Shown: positions 38,501 to 53,436, numbered from the stretch's first letter. The stretch: 64,000 nucleotides of DNA from Octopus sinensis (GCF_006345805.1 NC_043001.1:42160001-42224000), one strand, 5' to 3'. Numbers and translations are program-made. The notes: generated by a model from the sequence alone, not told the origin.

Positions 38501-40229
38501 TTTATCATTATTTTACAGTTTGTTTAGCACCAAATCAATGTTGTTTGAGCAGAGCTATTGTCTCAGTTATTTCAGTTATGACCATACCATTTTTTCTAAT
38601 ATGCCAGGAACTCAGGGGCACAATTGTGACATATCCTTTCCTAAGATGATTGAATGTGATCTGAAGGAGGTTGAACAACCACAACCACTGCTGTTGCCAC
38701 CACCATCATCATGTTCAAATTCTGCTGAGATAAACTTTGCTTTGCATGCTTCTGATAGCTATAAAATAAGTAGCAATCTAGTCAATTAAATCCCTTCTCC
38801 CAAATAAGTTTTTATTCAGTTTTAATCAGTTTGTATAGTGAAGTACTTGGTCATGTTGTTACAGAACTAAATATAATTTTTGTGTAAAAATTTTAATTTC
38901 TCATTTTTATCATGCACAAGTTAAAAAAAAGTATTTTTTTAATTTTTCAAATTTTTTTAAAAATCAGAATCTTGATAAATTAAAACTTTTTTTTCTTTTG
39001 TGCTTATAATATCATGTCCCAGATCCATAGATATTATAGTAATGAGTTCCTATGAACTATACCCAGAACAAATAGAGCAACTAGTGTGTTTAAATCATCA
39101 TTGTTCCATATGTTTACACCAACTTGTACTTCGAAATAGGAAGAAAGATCTCTATAGTATTTCTATGACACTCAAAACTAACAGAAGCAGAGAAAGAACT
39201 TGCATCCCATTGATGCTGGTAAGATTGATGTGGCTAATGTTTTACTTGAACTGTTATAGGTCAATATTTGCAAGACAAGCATGTTCAGTGTGGGAATTTC
39301 TGAGTTGAACTCCTAGAAAATAAAAAAGAGAGACATAATGAGGGTGATGAGTTGTTTTGAGGATACATATATATGTATAGTTAGCTAGGTTTAACATAAA
39401 ACTAATTTTGTTGAGCTTGTATCATTTAATAACATGCTACCTTGCATGCTTGATTTGGCTGGGATTTATGAATAGATGCTCTTCCTATCATCAACCATTG
39501 ACTAAATTGGGATAGTGTATTTACTAAAGTGGCATTTACACTGAAGGGTTTTTTTGGGTTTTTTTCACAAGACAGTTTTTCCTACCTTGTATTAGTTTTG
39601 CTTCAAAGTACCTTCTCACTCAGATGGGTTACCATTACTGCATCATGAAAACCAAATTTTGTTTTTGTGAAAATATTTGGACACCATTTTCAGAGACAAG
39701 TTATCTAAATTATAGAGTATGAGATGGGTCCTTTTTGAAATAATGCAGATGGATAAGGAATAAGGAGAATGTTGTGGAGAATGGTGAATATAAAAACAGC
39801 TCAGAATTTCATGAGATAAGATTACTTCATGACACTAAAGTGTAGGCTTGGTGAGGCTTGAAATACGTGTCAGAAATGAAAACAAAATAAAATTTTTGGC
39901 AATAGAATTTTACATACTCTTTTTCTAGTTATTAGGTTACAGCCATGCTAGAGCACCATCTTTAATGGTTTTACTTACTGTATATACGTCAGTACATTGT
40001 TACTTATTCAATTGACTTTGTTAGATAGAACAGAAGAGTGACATGACTAAAATGTTATCATATGTCACAAGGCCATAAGGTATTATTGTTCAGCAAACCA
40101 TTTCTGCCAACATTTATCAATATTTGTGTGTGTGTGCACATGCATATTTGTGTGTTTGTGTGTATTTACATATGTATATGTGCATATATATATGTGTATT
40201 TACGTATATACATGTGTGTGTATGTATTT

Positions 40230-40429
40230 GTGTGTGTGTGTGTATATATATATGCAATTGTATTATGTATATGCCTATGAATTAAATATATATATATGTA
40301 TATAATGTATGCAGAAGCTTGTTACATATATGCTTGAACCTGTTTATACTCACCAGTTTCAGCTGGTGTTGTGTCACTTTGTGTCAAAGTGTGTGTGTAT
40401 GTATGTGCGTGTATAAGTGTATATAAATG

Positions 40430-40472
<43 letters not shown>

Positions 40473-40678
40473 GCAATTGTATTATGTATATGCCTATGAA
40501 TTAAATATATATATATGTATATAATGTATGCAGAAGCTTGTTACATATATGCTTGAACCTGTTTATACTCACCAGTTTCAGCTGGTGTTGTGTCACTTTG
40601 TGTCAAAGTGTGTGTGTATGTATGTGCGTGTATAAGTGTATATAAATGTATATATGTGTGTGTGTGTGTGTGTGTGTA
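40230..40678. repeat. 219-bp near-perfect tandem duplication
   Basis: GCAATTG anchors at 40254 and 40473; the unique portions are identical by eye. Confidence 0.9.
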
Positions 40679-41356
40679 TAAGTATATGTATATTATATAT
40701 ACATGTGTGTATGTCATTATTGTCATCATTTAATATCTGTCTTCCATGCTGGCATGATATATGTATGTGTATGTATGTATATGTATGTGTATGCATGCTA
40801 TTATGTATAATCATGCATAAAGAAGTGTGTGTGTGTACATATCTATACCTGATGATGGGCCTTCACGTAGTTTCCATTAGAAAAGCACACACATTAGCCC
40901 TAATTTCAAATCTTAATTAACCACAGTTGAAGGCAAATTCTGAATTATCTTTTCAATTTATAAGTTTATCCATAACTGCCCAAAATTAATTTGCTTTCAC
41001 TCCTTAAGTTGCTGACACCTCAAGTTTAATGCAGCCTCTCAATTCTATTTCTCAATCTATGACTGCTTTATTTTCTGTAAATCATCATATTGATTAGTTA
41101 TGTCAAGATTCTCCCCTCTTCTTTGTCCCCTTCTTTTCCACTCTCTTATCTTTCCTTTCCTCTTTCTTTTTTTCATTGATCAGCATTTCATCTTAATTTC
41201 ATCTGTCTTTCATCTCATTTTCTTCTCTGATACTTTATTATTATTATTTTTACATTACTCTCTCTATAACAATGATGTCTATATTTTTTCCAAAGCTGTT
41301 TGAAATCCATTTTTATCTATATTTTGTATATTCATTCCATCTATTTTCCTATAATC

Positions 41357-41388
<32 letters not shown>

Positions 41389-43821
41389 CTTGTCTGGAAC
41401 TCAATCCTTCTAGTTATGACTACTATGATTAACGGATTGCTTGTAGCAAATCTTACTTTATTTTATTGGTGGTGGTGGTGGTGGTGGATCTCCACCATTC
41501 AACAACGAGGATTGGGTTTGATAAACTGAATTAATGCATAAGTGGCTGATCATTCCACAAGCACATGTCCCCTTAACATAGTTCTTTATCAGAATCAGGT
41601 GGTGTATGACAAAGTTGTACCTTTTGAATTAAAAGTATGATACACCTGACAGATGTTTATAATTTCTGTCGACTGATTAGTTTCACTTTCAAGGCTGACT
41701 TGAGGCTATAGAAAATGTTTACCCAAGATGCCACACAAATCAAACCTGGGATCTCATAGTTACAAATTGAATTTTTTAACCATTTGGCTATACTCTGCCT
41801 TCTCCATTCCATTAAAGGGAGTTATCTACGTGCTATCAAATGTGGGGCTTTCAAAGTTGGATGACCAAATCTCTCAGTGATTATTGTTCTTATTTTATGA
41901 AAATGAAGTGATGTATTTTTCAAATACATAATTTTTTGTTTGCATTTGTTATTTCATCACAATTCATATAAAATATTTTGTAAAAATTTATTTAGGAATT
42001 CTTTTTTAAATTAAGAAAAATTATTTTGGATATTAAGACTAGTTAATGATATCATGATATTTCCCTTTAAGGACTTTAGCAGATCACTGGACACAAGCTT
42101 AATTCCTGTTTTTATTGCATTAAGTGGTTGAGAGACAATTCTGACGTTACATTTAATACCATGTAGATAACTCTTTTGATGCATGAAATTTAACTCAAAA
42201 CTGCAAGTTAATGATGCATTCATTTGACTGGTTCTTCTGCTTACAGTGGCAAATTGTTCCTACCCTTAGGTTGGTTGAACCATTTCAGTGACTAGCTGTC
42301 TAGCAATTCTCTGATACTCTATTGATTCAGTCATTTATATTCTCTATGATGTTGATACTGATATCATGTTAGTACTGAACTTCTCTTTTCTTGAATATAA
42401 TAATCATGAAACATTACTGTAGCTGTGATATCTTAAAAAGATGATTAATTGATATCTTACAAAAATGAGGGCTATTGCTTTTGTTCATTACTTTTAAGCC
42501 TTGTAGATTGAGGTACTATCTTTGGCATCAGTTCTTGTCAATTGTTCAATAGACTTGTTACATTCATTCATTGATTAGTTTCTTGCAAGGTGGCTGGTAA
42601 TTTCTAAATACTGTAACTACAAATAAATATGCTAATGCTAAATCATTTTTACTTTCTATTAAATTAGTATCTGATTTTTATCTAATATTGGCTTTTATCT
42701 TGGATTAATATTGGATTAGATAACACAAATGAAATATATTTTCTGTTAATTTATTATATGTATGGGTGTATAGCTATGTATGTGTATGCATTGTGCAGTC
42801 AGACATTAAAAAAAATTGCTGTAAGCATTTTAATTCTCATTGGTTTCTTGTAATTTCAGTGAAAGCATTTCAGCTATATGATTTCTTTTATCAAAATGCA
42901 CTCAGTATTCTACTAAATGATGGTTGCTGGCCGTTGCTTCTAAAGTAAATGCTCTTCTTTCTGTAAGCTAAGAATAGCCCCAAGAAAAATTTTTCACACT
43001 GGTTTCCTGCCAGTCTGCCTATTCTTTTTTCTTTTTTTGTGTGTGTGTAACTGTTTGCTCTCTTTCAAGATATTTATCATATCTCATAGAATTCATTATT
43101 TTTCATATATTTTTTTATTGCATTTTATTATTTTTTTTATTCTTATTCTGGATTGGATGACATTATTAGTGGAAGTGTTATGCAAAGCAATCTTTACTTA
43201 AGTGGTTGTTTGGAGTACAGTGACTACAGTGTCTCAAGATTGCGAACATATTAGTTTTCAGTATAATGAATTAAGAAAACTATTTCGTCATTAAACATTT
43301 AAAATGTTTGAATTTTTAAGAGTAGGAAAGTAAGTTGTTAGATAAAGAGAAGTTTTGATTGTTTTGCCTTGTATTGAGACATTACTAATATAAGTAAAAT
43401 GGTGTCAGATTCCTGGCCTATAATCTTGTTAAACAGAGTAGTAGCAGCAACATCACCACCAGCAACAACAGTAAGAGGAAGAGGAAATTTCTCATAAAAT
43501 TTTTATTTTTTTATTACTGATGCTATTCACTCTTCAGGCTTACATATGTTGGATAATTCTAGAAATTTAGATATTACTGCAAAATATCTGAATTATTATC
43601 TTCTCTAACACTAATCACTTTTCTGCTAGTTGTGTTTGATACAACAAGAAGAGTAAAATAGTTTACCTAAAAGTAATACCGTACTGATAAGATTTTCCTT
43701 TCAGCTCATGATCATTGGATTAACAATTCATCAGTCAAATAATGATCTTTTCTCCAAAAACTTATAGAAACAAATATCACATATGTTGCTCTCTCTCTCT
43801 CTTTTTCTCTCTCTGTATGTA

Positions 43822-43878
<57 letters not shown>

Positions 43879-43879
43879 T

Positions 43880-44490
43880 GTTTTGAACGTTGGGCCTCAC
43901 AGAAGTGGTGAGAAGTGACCAAAACCTTTGGAGATATGCTGTGCTTGAGAAAAACCAGCAAGCCAAGTGAGACCATAACTGTGGCCTATGCCAGTGCAGC
44001 ATAACTGGCCCATTTAAGAGTACCCTTCAATCATTCGGCAATAAACTGCATTTGCAAAGACCTGTTGAGTCAAGTGAAGTCATTGTTGTGGCCAATGACA
44101 GTACTGCCTGATTGGCACCCATGCCAGAGGCACATAAAAAGCACCATTCGAGCATGATCGATACCAGTGCTGCCTGACTGGTCCCGTGCCGGTGATACAT
44201 AAAAAGCACAATTCGAGTGTAATCATTGCCAGTGCTGCTGGACTGGCTCCTGTGTTGGTGGCATGTAAAAGGCACCATTTGAGCATGGTCAATGCCAGTA
44301 GTGGCTGACTGGTCCCGTGCTGGAGGCACGTAAAAAGCACCCTCTACACTCTCAGAGTGGTTGACATTAGGAAGAGCATCCTGCTGTAGAAACGCTGCCA
44401 GATCAGATTGGAGCCTGGTGCAGCCTTCTGACTTGCAAGCCCTCAGTCAAACTGCCAGCATGGAAAGCGAACATTAAATGATGATGATGA
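43880..44490 (+). mobile_element. RTE 3' end with ~5 subrepeats and (GAT)n tail
   Basis: Five (C/T)AAAAAGCAC-type units at 44100-44340 and the conserved terminal motif. Confidence 0.82.
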
Positions 44491-44494
44491 TCTT

Positions 44495-44882
44495 TTACTT
44501 GTTTCAGTCATTAGACTGTGACCATGTTGGGGTACTACCTTAAAGAATTTAAATTGAACGAATTGACTTCAGTTTTTATTTTATTTTAGAGTCTGGTTAC
44601 TTATTCTATCAGTCTCTTTTTGCTGAACTGCTAAGTCATGAGGATCTAAACACAACAGCACCAGTGGCATCGAGGGGTCAAATGGTGGTGGGGACAAACA
44701 CACACACACATATAGATATATACATATACAGCAGGCTTCTTTATTTTTGTCTACCAAATCTACTCATAAGGCTTTGGTTGGCCCAAGTCTATAGTGGAAG
44801 AGACTTGCCCAAGATGCAACACAGTAGGGTTGAACCTGTAACCATGTAATTGAGAAACAAGCTTCTTTACACACAGCCACAC
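44495..44882 (-). mobile_element. tRNA-derived SINE family 1
   Basis: Reverse-complement head TGTGGCTGTGTGTAAAGAAGCTTG and tail TGACTGAAACAAGTAAAAG. Confidence 0.8.
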
Positions 44883-46310
44883 CTCATCATCATCATTGTT
44901 TAATGTCAGCTTTCCATGCTGGTATGGGTTGGATGGTTTGACTGAGGGCTGATGAGCCAGATAGCTGCACCAGGCTCCAATCTGATCAGGCGGTACTGGC
45001 ATGGGCCATGCTCGAATGTTATTTTTTATATGCCACCAGCTTGGGACCAGTCAGCCAGCACTGGCATCGGCCATGACAACAACTTCGCTTGCCTCAACAG
45101 GTTTTCGCAAGCACAGTTTATTGCCCAATGATTGAAGGGTGCTCTTAAATGGGCTGGTTATCCTGCACTGGCATAGGCCATGATTACTGTCCCATTTGGC
45201 TTGCCAGGTCTTCTCAAGCACAGCATATGTGCCTCTATGTAGTACAAGCACTTTTCCATGGGGCTGGCAAGGGCACTTTTACATGACAGTGGCATGGGTG
45301 CTTTTATATGATACCAGCAACCACAAGTCCTCAAGAGAAGGACCTCTCAACTGAGAGAGGGTTGTAGAGGGCATTCTTGTATGTATGGACGGCCAGTTGA
45401 CTTGTTTTCTCAAACACAGCAAACTGTCTGAAGTCGTGGTCCTTTGTCATTTCTGCGAGGTCTAATGTCTGAAGATCCTTCCTCACTACTTCATCCCATG
45501 TCTTCCTGGATCTGTCCCTTCCACAGGTTCCCTCCACAATTAGAGATTGGCACTTCTTTATGCAGCTGTCCTCATTCATACATATCACATGACCTGTCTT
45601 CTCTCTTGTACACTACAACTGATGCCTCATATACACAGTTTTTCTTTCAAAATCATTTACACTCTGTTGTACATGCACACTGACATTACCTATCCAGTGG
45701 AGCATGCAGCCTTCATGTCTTTCAAGCCTTCTCATATCCTCTATAGTGATAACCCATGTTTCACTGCCATATAGCATAGCTGTACATATATGGGCATCAT
45801 ACAATCTGTCTTTCAGTCTTAGAGAGACAAAAGTAGTAGCTCTCTGAACTTTGCCCAGTCTATTCTTATTTTCCTCCTCCACTGCTAACTTGGTTTCCTA
45901 GATAATGGAAGTTATCTACTGTTTCTAAGGATCCCCCAGACATTTGAGGAAGTCGATTTTCTGTACATTCTGAGTGTTTATATTGGAGCTGCACATCTGT
46001 CATACACAAAGACTACTTTATGTTAACCTTCCTATGGTACTGCTGCAATGTGCACTAGGTACACCATATGGAGGATCTACCAACACCTTTCCTACATATC
46101 AAACTGGGCCATCACTGTGAAAGGATTTGTGATTTGTTCATTTTCCTACATACTAGGACTTTGGTCTCAGCTAAATTAACTCTAAAGCCTTTCGATTCCA
46201 GACCTTGCTCCCACTGTCTTGTGCAGTTAGAATCAAACTTACTGTTTCTGCTATTAGACCAGAGATTTTGTACTGTTCATTCTGATTTACTTCTTCTGTA
46301 TTGAGCCTTG
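44883..46310 (-). mobile_element. RTE LINE, ORF2 C-terminus plus 3' UTR
   Basis: MLYGSETW, MRRLERHEGCMLHW, GRDRSRKTWDEVVRKDL, continuous with the subrepeat UTR and (GAT)n tail. May extend further 5'. Confidence 0.85.
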
Positions 46311-49099
46311 CAGTGGAGTGGTGTTTCTTTCAATTTTTTTTTTATTCAATATATTTGGAGTTCTGTTCTGAGTTTGTCGATTGTTGTTTTTGTTTGTTAT
46401 TTTAGTGCTTTCTATTGTTTTATCTTTATCTGAATCTTTTATTTCAGTGTAATTAGTTTTCTTCAAATATGTAGAGAAAAGATTTTTTTAGTCCATGTTT
46501 CCTTGTAACACTTATCAGCTTCCTTTTCTTTGACTGTAAGTATTTTTCTAGCCCTACTATTTTTATTTTGAAGTAGTTTTCTATCGTATTAAACCTTTTC
46601 TCTTTAAGGACAGTGCTGGTGTATTCTGCATATATCAGTTTTGGGTTGGTGACACCAGAATACTGTAAATAGTTTTTAGCTCTTCTGTCTAAGCTTTTTA
46701 ATTCTCTTAACTTCCATTTTATGTCAAAGCTCTAGTTCATTACTTGGATAACTTGTACATTTATACCTACTATCTTATTTCTGGCACTGAGTTCAGTTTT
46801 TAACATACGACTAACTCTTCTGTAGTACTCTTGCCTCCATCATTTCTGTGTGAAATATTTTATTAGTGCTTTATTTGTATTGCTTGTTCTGGTCTAATTC
46901 CTTGATTTATATGTTGTTTTTATTGTAATCATTGTTGTCATCATCATCAGACATTTATCTTTCCATACTGATATAAATAAGTTGAATGGATTTTCTGAGA
47001 CAAAGTTTTATAGCTGGATGCCTTTCCTGTTGCCAATCTGTTTTGTCACCTCTTATGACACATAGGGACACAGTGCATGTATTCTAAATATGGGACACTT
47101 TAATATTCTTGGTTTAAGTTTCTTTTGCATTTTCTTGTTAGTAGTTGTGGCACATTTGTCAAATTCTACACTCACTTTTATGCACTGACTGAATTCACGA
47201 ACAATTTTTAGTAGGTTTTGCAGCTGGATAACATTTTAAAGTTTTCCATATAGAAGAGATGGTTTATAATTTGTTTCTAAAATCTGCATCCTATGGTGGT
47301 TTTGTTCTATAGGTTTGTTAATGAGGTTAATGCTAAGCAATAGATAATGAGTCTCCTTGGAAAATTTTTCTTATGGGAATTGGGCTGCTCTTGATCATCT
47401 CTTCTTTGCTTTGTAAGAACATTGTGATTTTTCAATATGTTATATATAGCATGTCTTTTAAGACTATTTTCACATTTTCCCATAACATATTCTAAAATCT
47501 AAGCTTTCAATCTTTTAAGCTCAGCTCATTTGAATTCAACCTTCTTCCATTCAGCTTCCTCCCATTTGGTCTTATGACCAGCAGTCATTTCCCTCTTTTC
47601 ACTGTCTTCTGTGATCACTTAAGTAGTTACTCTTTATAGTTGCACATTACATTCTAACCCCCCCCCCCTCCATAGTAATATATTATTGTTCTCTGAATGT
47701 GTAACCAACCTGTGTTAGAGAATGAATGTAATGCCTTTATGGTGTTAACAAGTTTCTTATATGCCTATAATTTTATGGGTCTCTGGTATTTTTGCTTTTT
47801 GAAAATTTATATTTTGAGAATTTATCAGCCAATCAGGTGTTGATTCTGGTTTGCTTACAACTTTATTAAATGCTGATTAAAGTATTGGCAATACCCTGAA
47901 ATTTAATGACCTTCCATTCTAAGGCTGACATTTTATCTTGTCAAATAAACTTTATTGCAAATGTAACATAGGATGTTTCAGATTATTACTTTGTTTTCAC
48001 TGTCTAAAGAAGTATATTTCTTTATAATAGCATCACTCCATGCTTATAACCACCTATTCAACTGCTATTACTTGACCTATTCATACATAACTTACCATGT
48101 TTAAGAGTAATATATTTTTGTTGTTAATTTTAACATTTTCAACATTAGCTTTCATTACTAGTAAGTTGCTTGTAAGGTGAAATCTTTCCATTTACCTTAA
48201 ATAACTCACCTTTTCAGAAAATGACCTTTACTATAAATATTTACAAAAAGATTTAGGGGCACCTTGCAAATGTAAGGTGGTATAATTAGATATTTCATAA
48301 TATAATGGAGTCAAGGTGAAATTAAAACATACAGTGCACATGTGCCAAGATTCAAAGCATTCTCAGAATTCAGTACATAAAGTTGCTAAGAACATCTAAT
48401 ATATTATTCATCATCTCACCAGGTCATCAGTGAAGTTCTATTGGTTCAAGACTTGCTAAGGCCAAATTTGTATTCTTTTTCATATGTACTTTGTAGATTT
48501 CACTTTGTCTAAAATGTGAATTTATAGACTCCTCACTGTTTTGTAGAAAATCTATAAGATTAACATATAATTTATGGCAATAAATGGAATATTAACATAT
48601 GTTTTCTTTATTTTATTTAATACATGTGTATGCTCAATTAAACAGACATACATTTGCTTCCATTTGCAATTTATTTTTATTACTAAAATGAAAACTGACT
48701 TACCAAATGCTCTGATTTTTTAAAAATAAATTTTATGAAGTTGATTTTTTTAAAATAAATTTTATGAAGTTGATTCAGTCTAATCAGTTTTCGGTATGTA
48801 AAATGCCTGTCATCATCATCATCATTATCATCACCACCACCATCATTATCATCACCGCCATCATCATCATCTTTGTTTTAATGTTCATTTTTCCATAATC
48901 ACATAAGTTAGATGGAATTTGTTGAGTCAGATTTTCTATGGTTTGGTGCCCTTCCTATTGCCAGTCCTAACCTGTTTCCAAGTGAGGTAATATTTCTCAA
49001 TATTTAGACACTTTCATGGAAGATAGGAAATAAAGAACACTGTTGTATGACAGTGACACTTGTTTACGTCTATCACATGATGTCAAAACAAAGAGACAC

Positions 49100-49280
49100 C
49101 GACTCACACACACACATACATGTACTTACATATACATATATGAAGAGCTCCTTTCAGTTTCTGCTTACCAAATCCATTCATAAAGCTTTGCGACTATAGT
49201 AAACACACTTGCCCGAGGTACTACACAGTGGAACTGAACCCAGAACCATGTTGGGAAGCAATTTTCTTAACCCTATAGTG
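49100..49280 (-). mobile_element. SINE family 1, 5' half
   Basis: Reverse complement contains GGGTTCAGTTCCACTGTG and GGCAAGTGTG. Confidence 0.65.
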
Positions 49281-51227
49281 TTGCCTGTGCCTACAATGAA
49301 ATTTTATTGTAGTTTATATATTATTCCAAGATATGGAGAAAAAAATAAATATAAAATGAAAATATTTAGTTTTTACATACTATATTAATTCCTATTTTTC
49401 CTTCAAATTTTGAGGGCATTTTTTTTTATTTGGACTATAAATTAATAGAAATTAATTTGTTTTCTTTATTGTTCTGGATATAAATATGTTTCAGTATGTC
49501 ACAATAATTAAAAAATTTTTTTGTTAAAGATTACTTGTAGAATTTTTCATAAAAATTTTTTCTTTAAACATATAAAAGGTTTTACTTGTTTTCGACATCC
49601 AGTGGCTGCTAATGAAAAACAATCAAATAAGATATAAAAGAGAAATTTCACTTCGAAAATAGAAGTATTTTATGATGCTTTCACAAACATAATAATGTCT
49701 CTAGAATTTTTGTTATCTTGAAATATTTTTATAGCTGGTGACTTTAAGTTACTAGAATAGTGCATCAAAAAGTTCCATTAATGAAAACAACCATTTAAAT
49801 AACTAGGTAAAGAATTATTTTATGGCAAACATGTTGGCAGCAGTATTACTCTGTTGATTCATTCAACATTATGATATTTGATAAATATAGCTCAACCAGA
49901 AATGTCATCAATTGTCAAGTAATTTCAGTTGTTTTGATTTTAAAAAAATTATGTGAATTACATCTCCCAGATAGAGAAATTTTGTAATATCTTCATTGTA
50001 TCAGCTTTATTTTATTCCACTTATTTACTTTAAAAAATCAGTTTTAAGAGTATTTTGACCAAAGTTGGTGAAATCATATGAAGTTGTCTGGTCTTCTTGT
50101 TCTAAAAGGAAAACAACTTAACTTCAAATGTTGCACTAGGATTTCTTACAGATTTCAAATAACATGTATTAACAAAATCTGACTAGTTTATTAGCTTTTT
50201 ATGGAATATAACTTAGAAGGTATCGTGTTTATTGATTTATTTTTTTTTTACTATCAGCTGGTCCTTAAAATGCAGGAGATGGTTTCTTAAGAGCAGCTTG
50301 TTTCAAATGTTAACCATGAAAAGAGTTTGTGTGTATACATCTCTTGAGTCAATCAATAAAATATTGGGAATACTTCTGGTACATTACAAAAAATAATTGT
50401 GATTTGATTCCAAAGAGTTCCTTTTGATGCTATAACCGTAGTGTAACTCCTAGATCTTGTGATTCCATAACATGGTTATTATGGCTAATTTTAAGAAATA
50501 ATCAATGAATGGATTACAGAAACAGTTTTATAAACATTTTATTAATAAAAGGGTAAATGAGCAAAGAGCAATACTGATTGTTAGGTTTAAAAGTTCAAAA
50601 TGTAATTTCTAATTCGTGCTGTTTTTGTATTGATTTCATCTCAAAGAAATATTCTTCGTATTTTTAATTTTTGCTTTTTGTTGTTTTTTTCTGTGACTTA
50701 CTGGGGAATTGAAGTCTATGAAATGAACTACCAAGATTTGTTATTAATCTTATTACTTTTCCTCTTAATATTAAAAAAGTTGAATTCAAGACATGTTTTT
50801 TTTTTTTTGAGATTTCATAAAATTGCATGAAATTTTAAAATTCTATATAAAAAGTTACATTCAAAATATTTAAAATGAAAAGAGAAAATTTTTTAAGTAC
50901 AGGATATATAATGCAAAGTTATGCTAAGAATTCAACCAAGAAAGATGATATTAAAGGTTCTATTTTACTATTTATACATGGGCAAAATGTGTCTGATGGA
51001 ATAGAATGTGTAGTTTTTGACAAGCAGGTTAGGAAATTAAATAAAACTAAGAACTGGTCACCAAGAAGTTAAATAACTTAAGTTTTAAATATTTAAATCA
51101 ATGAAATATCTTACATTATTCTTTCTTATGAAGTTGCTTTTGATTTTTTTTTTTTGTTTAATGAATACATTCTTTTCTCTAAAAAAAAAATTCTTGATAT
51201 TCTATTTATTCTTTTAATTTAATATAG

Positions 51228-51346
51228 GTGCATTGCAAGACTTTGAACCAGCTGCAGATACTGGCTATGCTACTTCAGCATTAGCAGATAATGATACCGC
51301 TACCCAAGCAACACCTGCTGGCACAACTACTTCTGAAGTATTAAAA
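51228..51346 (+). CDS. PEX19: PEX19 coding exon (equivalent to human exon 2): (S)ALQDFEPAADTG...SEVLK
   Basis: AG at 51226-27, GTAAGT at 51347; begins phase 1 and ends phase 0; SALQDF matches the conserved SALDDF of the PEX19 N-terminus; in frame with the next exon. Confidence 0.8.
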
Positions 51347-51919
51347 GTAAGTTATTTTGTTAAACATATTGTATAGTGTTAAGTTTTTTTAATTTTTTTA
51401 AAGAGAAATAGATTCTCAGTGATAATAGAGGTAAGGGATGGCCATGGCAGTATGAATTTGCAACACAATTTTTATTCTTGTTTATGAGCATTGCATACTG
51501 TTTCATTTCTTGTGACAGATAGGAATCTGTCCTGTCAATACACCTGAAATAGAAATGAGAAAGTTAAAACTTGACACGTGTCATGTAATATGTTAGGTCA
51601 TCTTCCATGTATAGCCTACTAAAGTTGTATTCACAAATTTCCAGCACATCCTGCAAAGTACGCAAGATATACGATTAAGATGAAGCATTTGTAAAAATAG
51701 TGTCTTTCAGTTCCAGGGAGACAGAGATTCTGATGCTGCAAATGAGATAATTGTACTGACAAAATATTTCCAATTGCTGATTACCTTTCAACCATAATAG
51801 TGAATTTTGATGGAGCTGCAAAAGCTGGAGAGAATCCTGATATAATCCAATATATCTATGAGTATTATTTAAATAATATGTTTATTATGGACTTTCAGTA
51901 ACGCATGCACAATGATATA

Positions 51920-52420
51920 CAGTAACCAGCCAGAATTAGCCACAGCATATCTACACATACGTACCCCAATGAATTTCTTTCCTCATGACTTTCAGAAAAA
52001 TGGATATTTTTTAATGAAATTTTCTACAAATATGCTACAAATGGTGTAGATTCCAATTACATTGGAATTTGTTGTGAAATAAAATTTTCCATAAAGAATA
52101 TGATGTGTGTTGGTATGTATGTGTGCTATCCCACCAGTTTTTATTTTCATATTAAATTCTTATATAATTGTAATCTACACACTCTGAAAGGTGTATGTAG
52201 ATTTTAAAATATCCATTTTTTAAAAATTTTATGAGGTAACAAATCTGACCCATGTGAATTTTCTCAAACTCTTCTCATTTCCCTAAAAACATTTTTTTCC
52301 ACAACAAATTAGTAGAAAATGTCGTTAAAAAATATCCATTTTTCTGGAAGTTATGAGGAAGCAAAGTTGGTGGAGCACATTTGTGTATGTATAATCATTG
52401 CTTTAATATAAATATCTTCA
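51920..52420. mobile_element. Foldback/MITE-like element with long inverted arms
   Basis: 51963-52040 is the reverse complement of 52312-52375 (CTCAT(A/G)ACTTTCAGAAAAATGGATATTTTTT motif). Confidence 0.7.
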
Positions 52421-52499
52421 ATTATAATTTTAAGAAAATGTATGTTTGTTATGGTCTTCCACAATGATATGCAATAACAGGCCAGAGACAATTGTTCAT

Positions 52500-53150
52500 G
52501 ACCAAACTACAGTTTTTGTGCATTTTGTTTTGATCTGATACTATAGGAATTTGTTCTGAAAATATTTTTACAAGGATAGTGAGAGGAGTTTCAAAAAATT
52601 CACTGAAGTTGCCTTCATTTTCTCATAACTATCAGAAAAATGGGTATTTTTTTCATGAAATTTTCTACAAATAACTTTCAGAGTGCAGTAGATTATGATT
52701 ATAGCAGAATTTAATATGAAAATAAAAACTGGTTGGACAACATACATACATACTGGTATGTAAAACATATGTCTACAAAATGAAACTTGAAATTTTGTAA
52801 AAAATTATGATATGTATCAGTATGTCTGTGTGCATGCTTACTATTTTCCTTTTCACATCAGATTCTTATATATTTGTAATTTACATGCTCTGAAAAGTAT
52901 TTGTAGAAATTTTCATTTAAAAATACCCATTTTTCTGAAAGTTATGAGAAAACAAAGTCAACCTGTGCGAATTCTCTGAAAATTCTCTCCCACTCTCTTT
53001 AAAAATACTTTGTCACAACAAATTCTGATGTAACTGCAGCATATTTGTAAAAACTTTCGTTAAAATATAATTTCTATTTGTCTGGAAGTTATGAGAAAAC
53101 AGAGTTAGTGGGGTATATTCATGTCTGTATGTTCATTGCTTTAACATAAG
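52500..53150. mobile_element. Second foldback/MITE-like element, same family
   Basis: 52615-52700 is inverted at 52875-52955; a further motif copy lies at ~53070-53100. Confidence 0.7.
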
Positions 53151-53436
53151 TGATACTAAGATTACATTGCTATCATATATCTACATATCAGCTTGCTACA
53201 CTTCACTTTCATTTTATATGCATCAATATATAATTATATAACTGCATGTTATATAAAAACAAAAAATATACTTCTTTCATTCGGTTTGCATCAAAGGGGT
53301 GACAATAATGCAAACGAGATGGGCTCAGTTTTTCACTACACATAAATGTAAGTAGGATAACGGCATATACAATAATATTGTGTTTAGTAACATTTACTAA
53401 CTATTAAAAATGCATCATAGCGTATGTGTATATGTA

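Noticed and set aside
40845-40905. CTGATGA..GGGC/GCCC hammerhead-like start
   Set aside because: No GAAA following stem II and no stem I.
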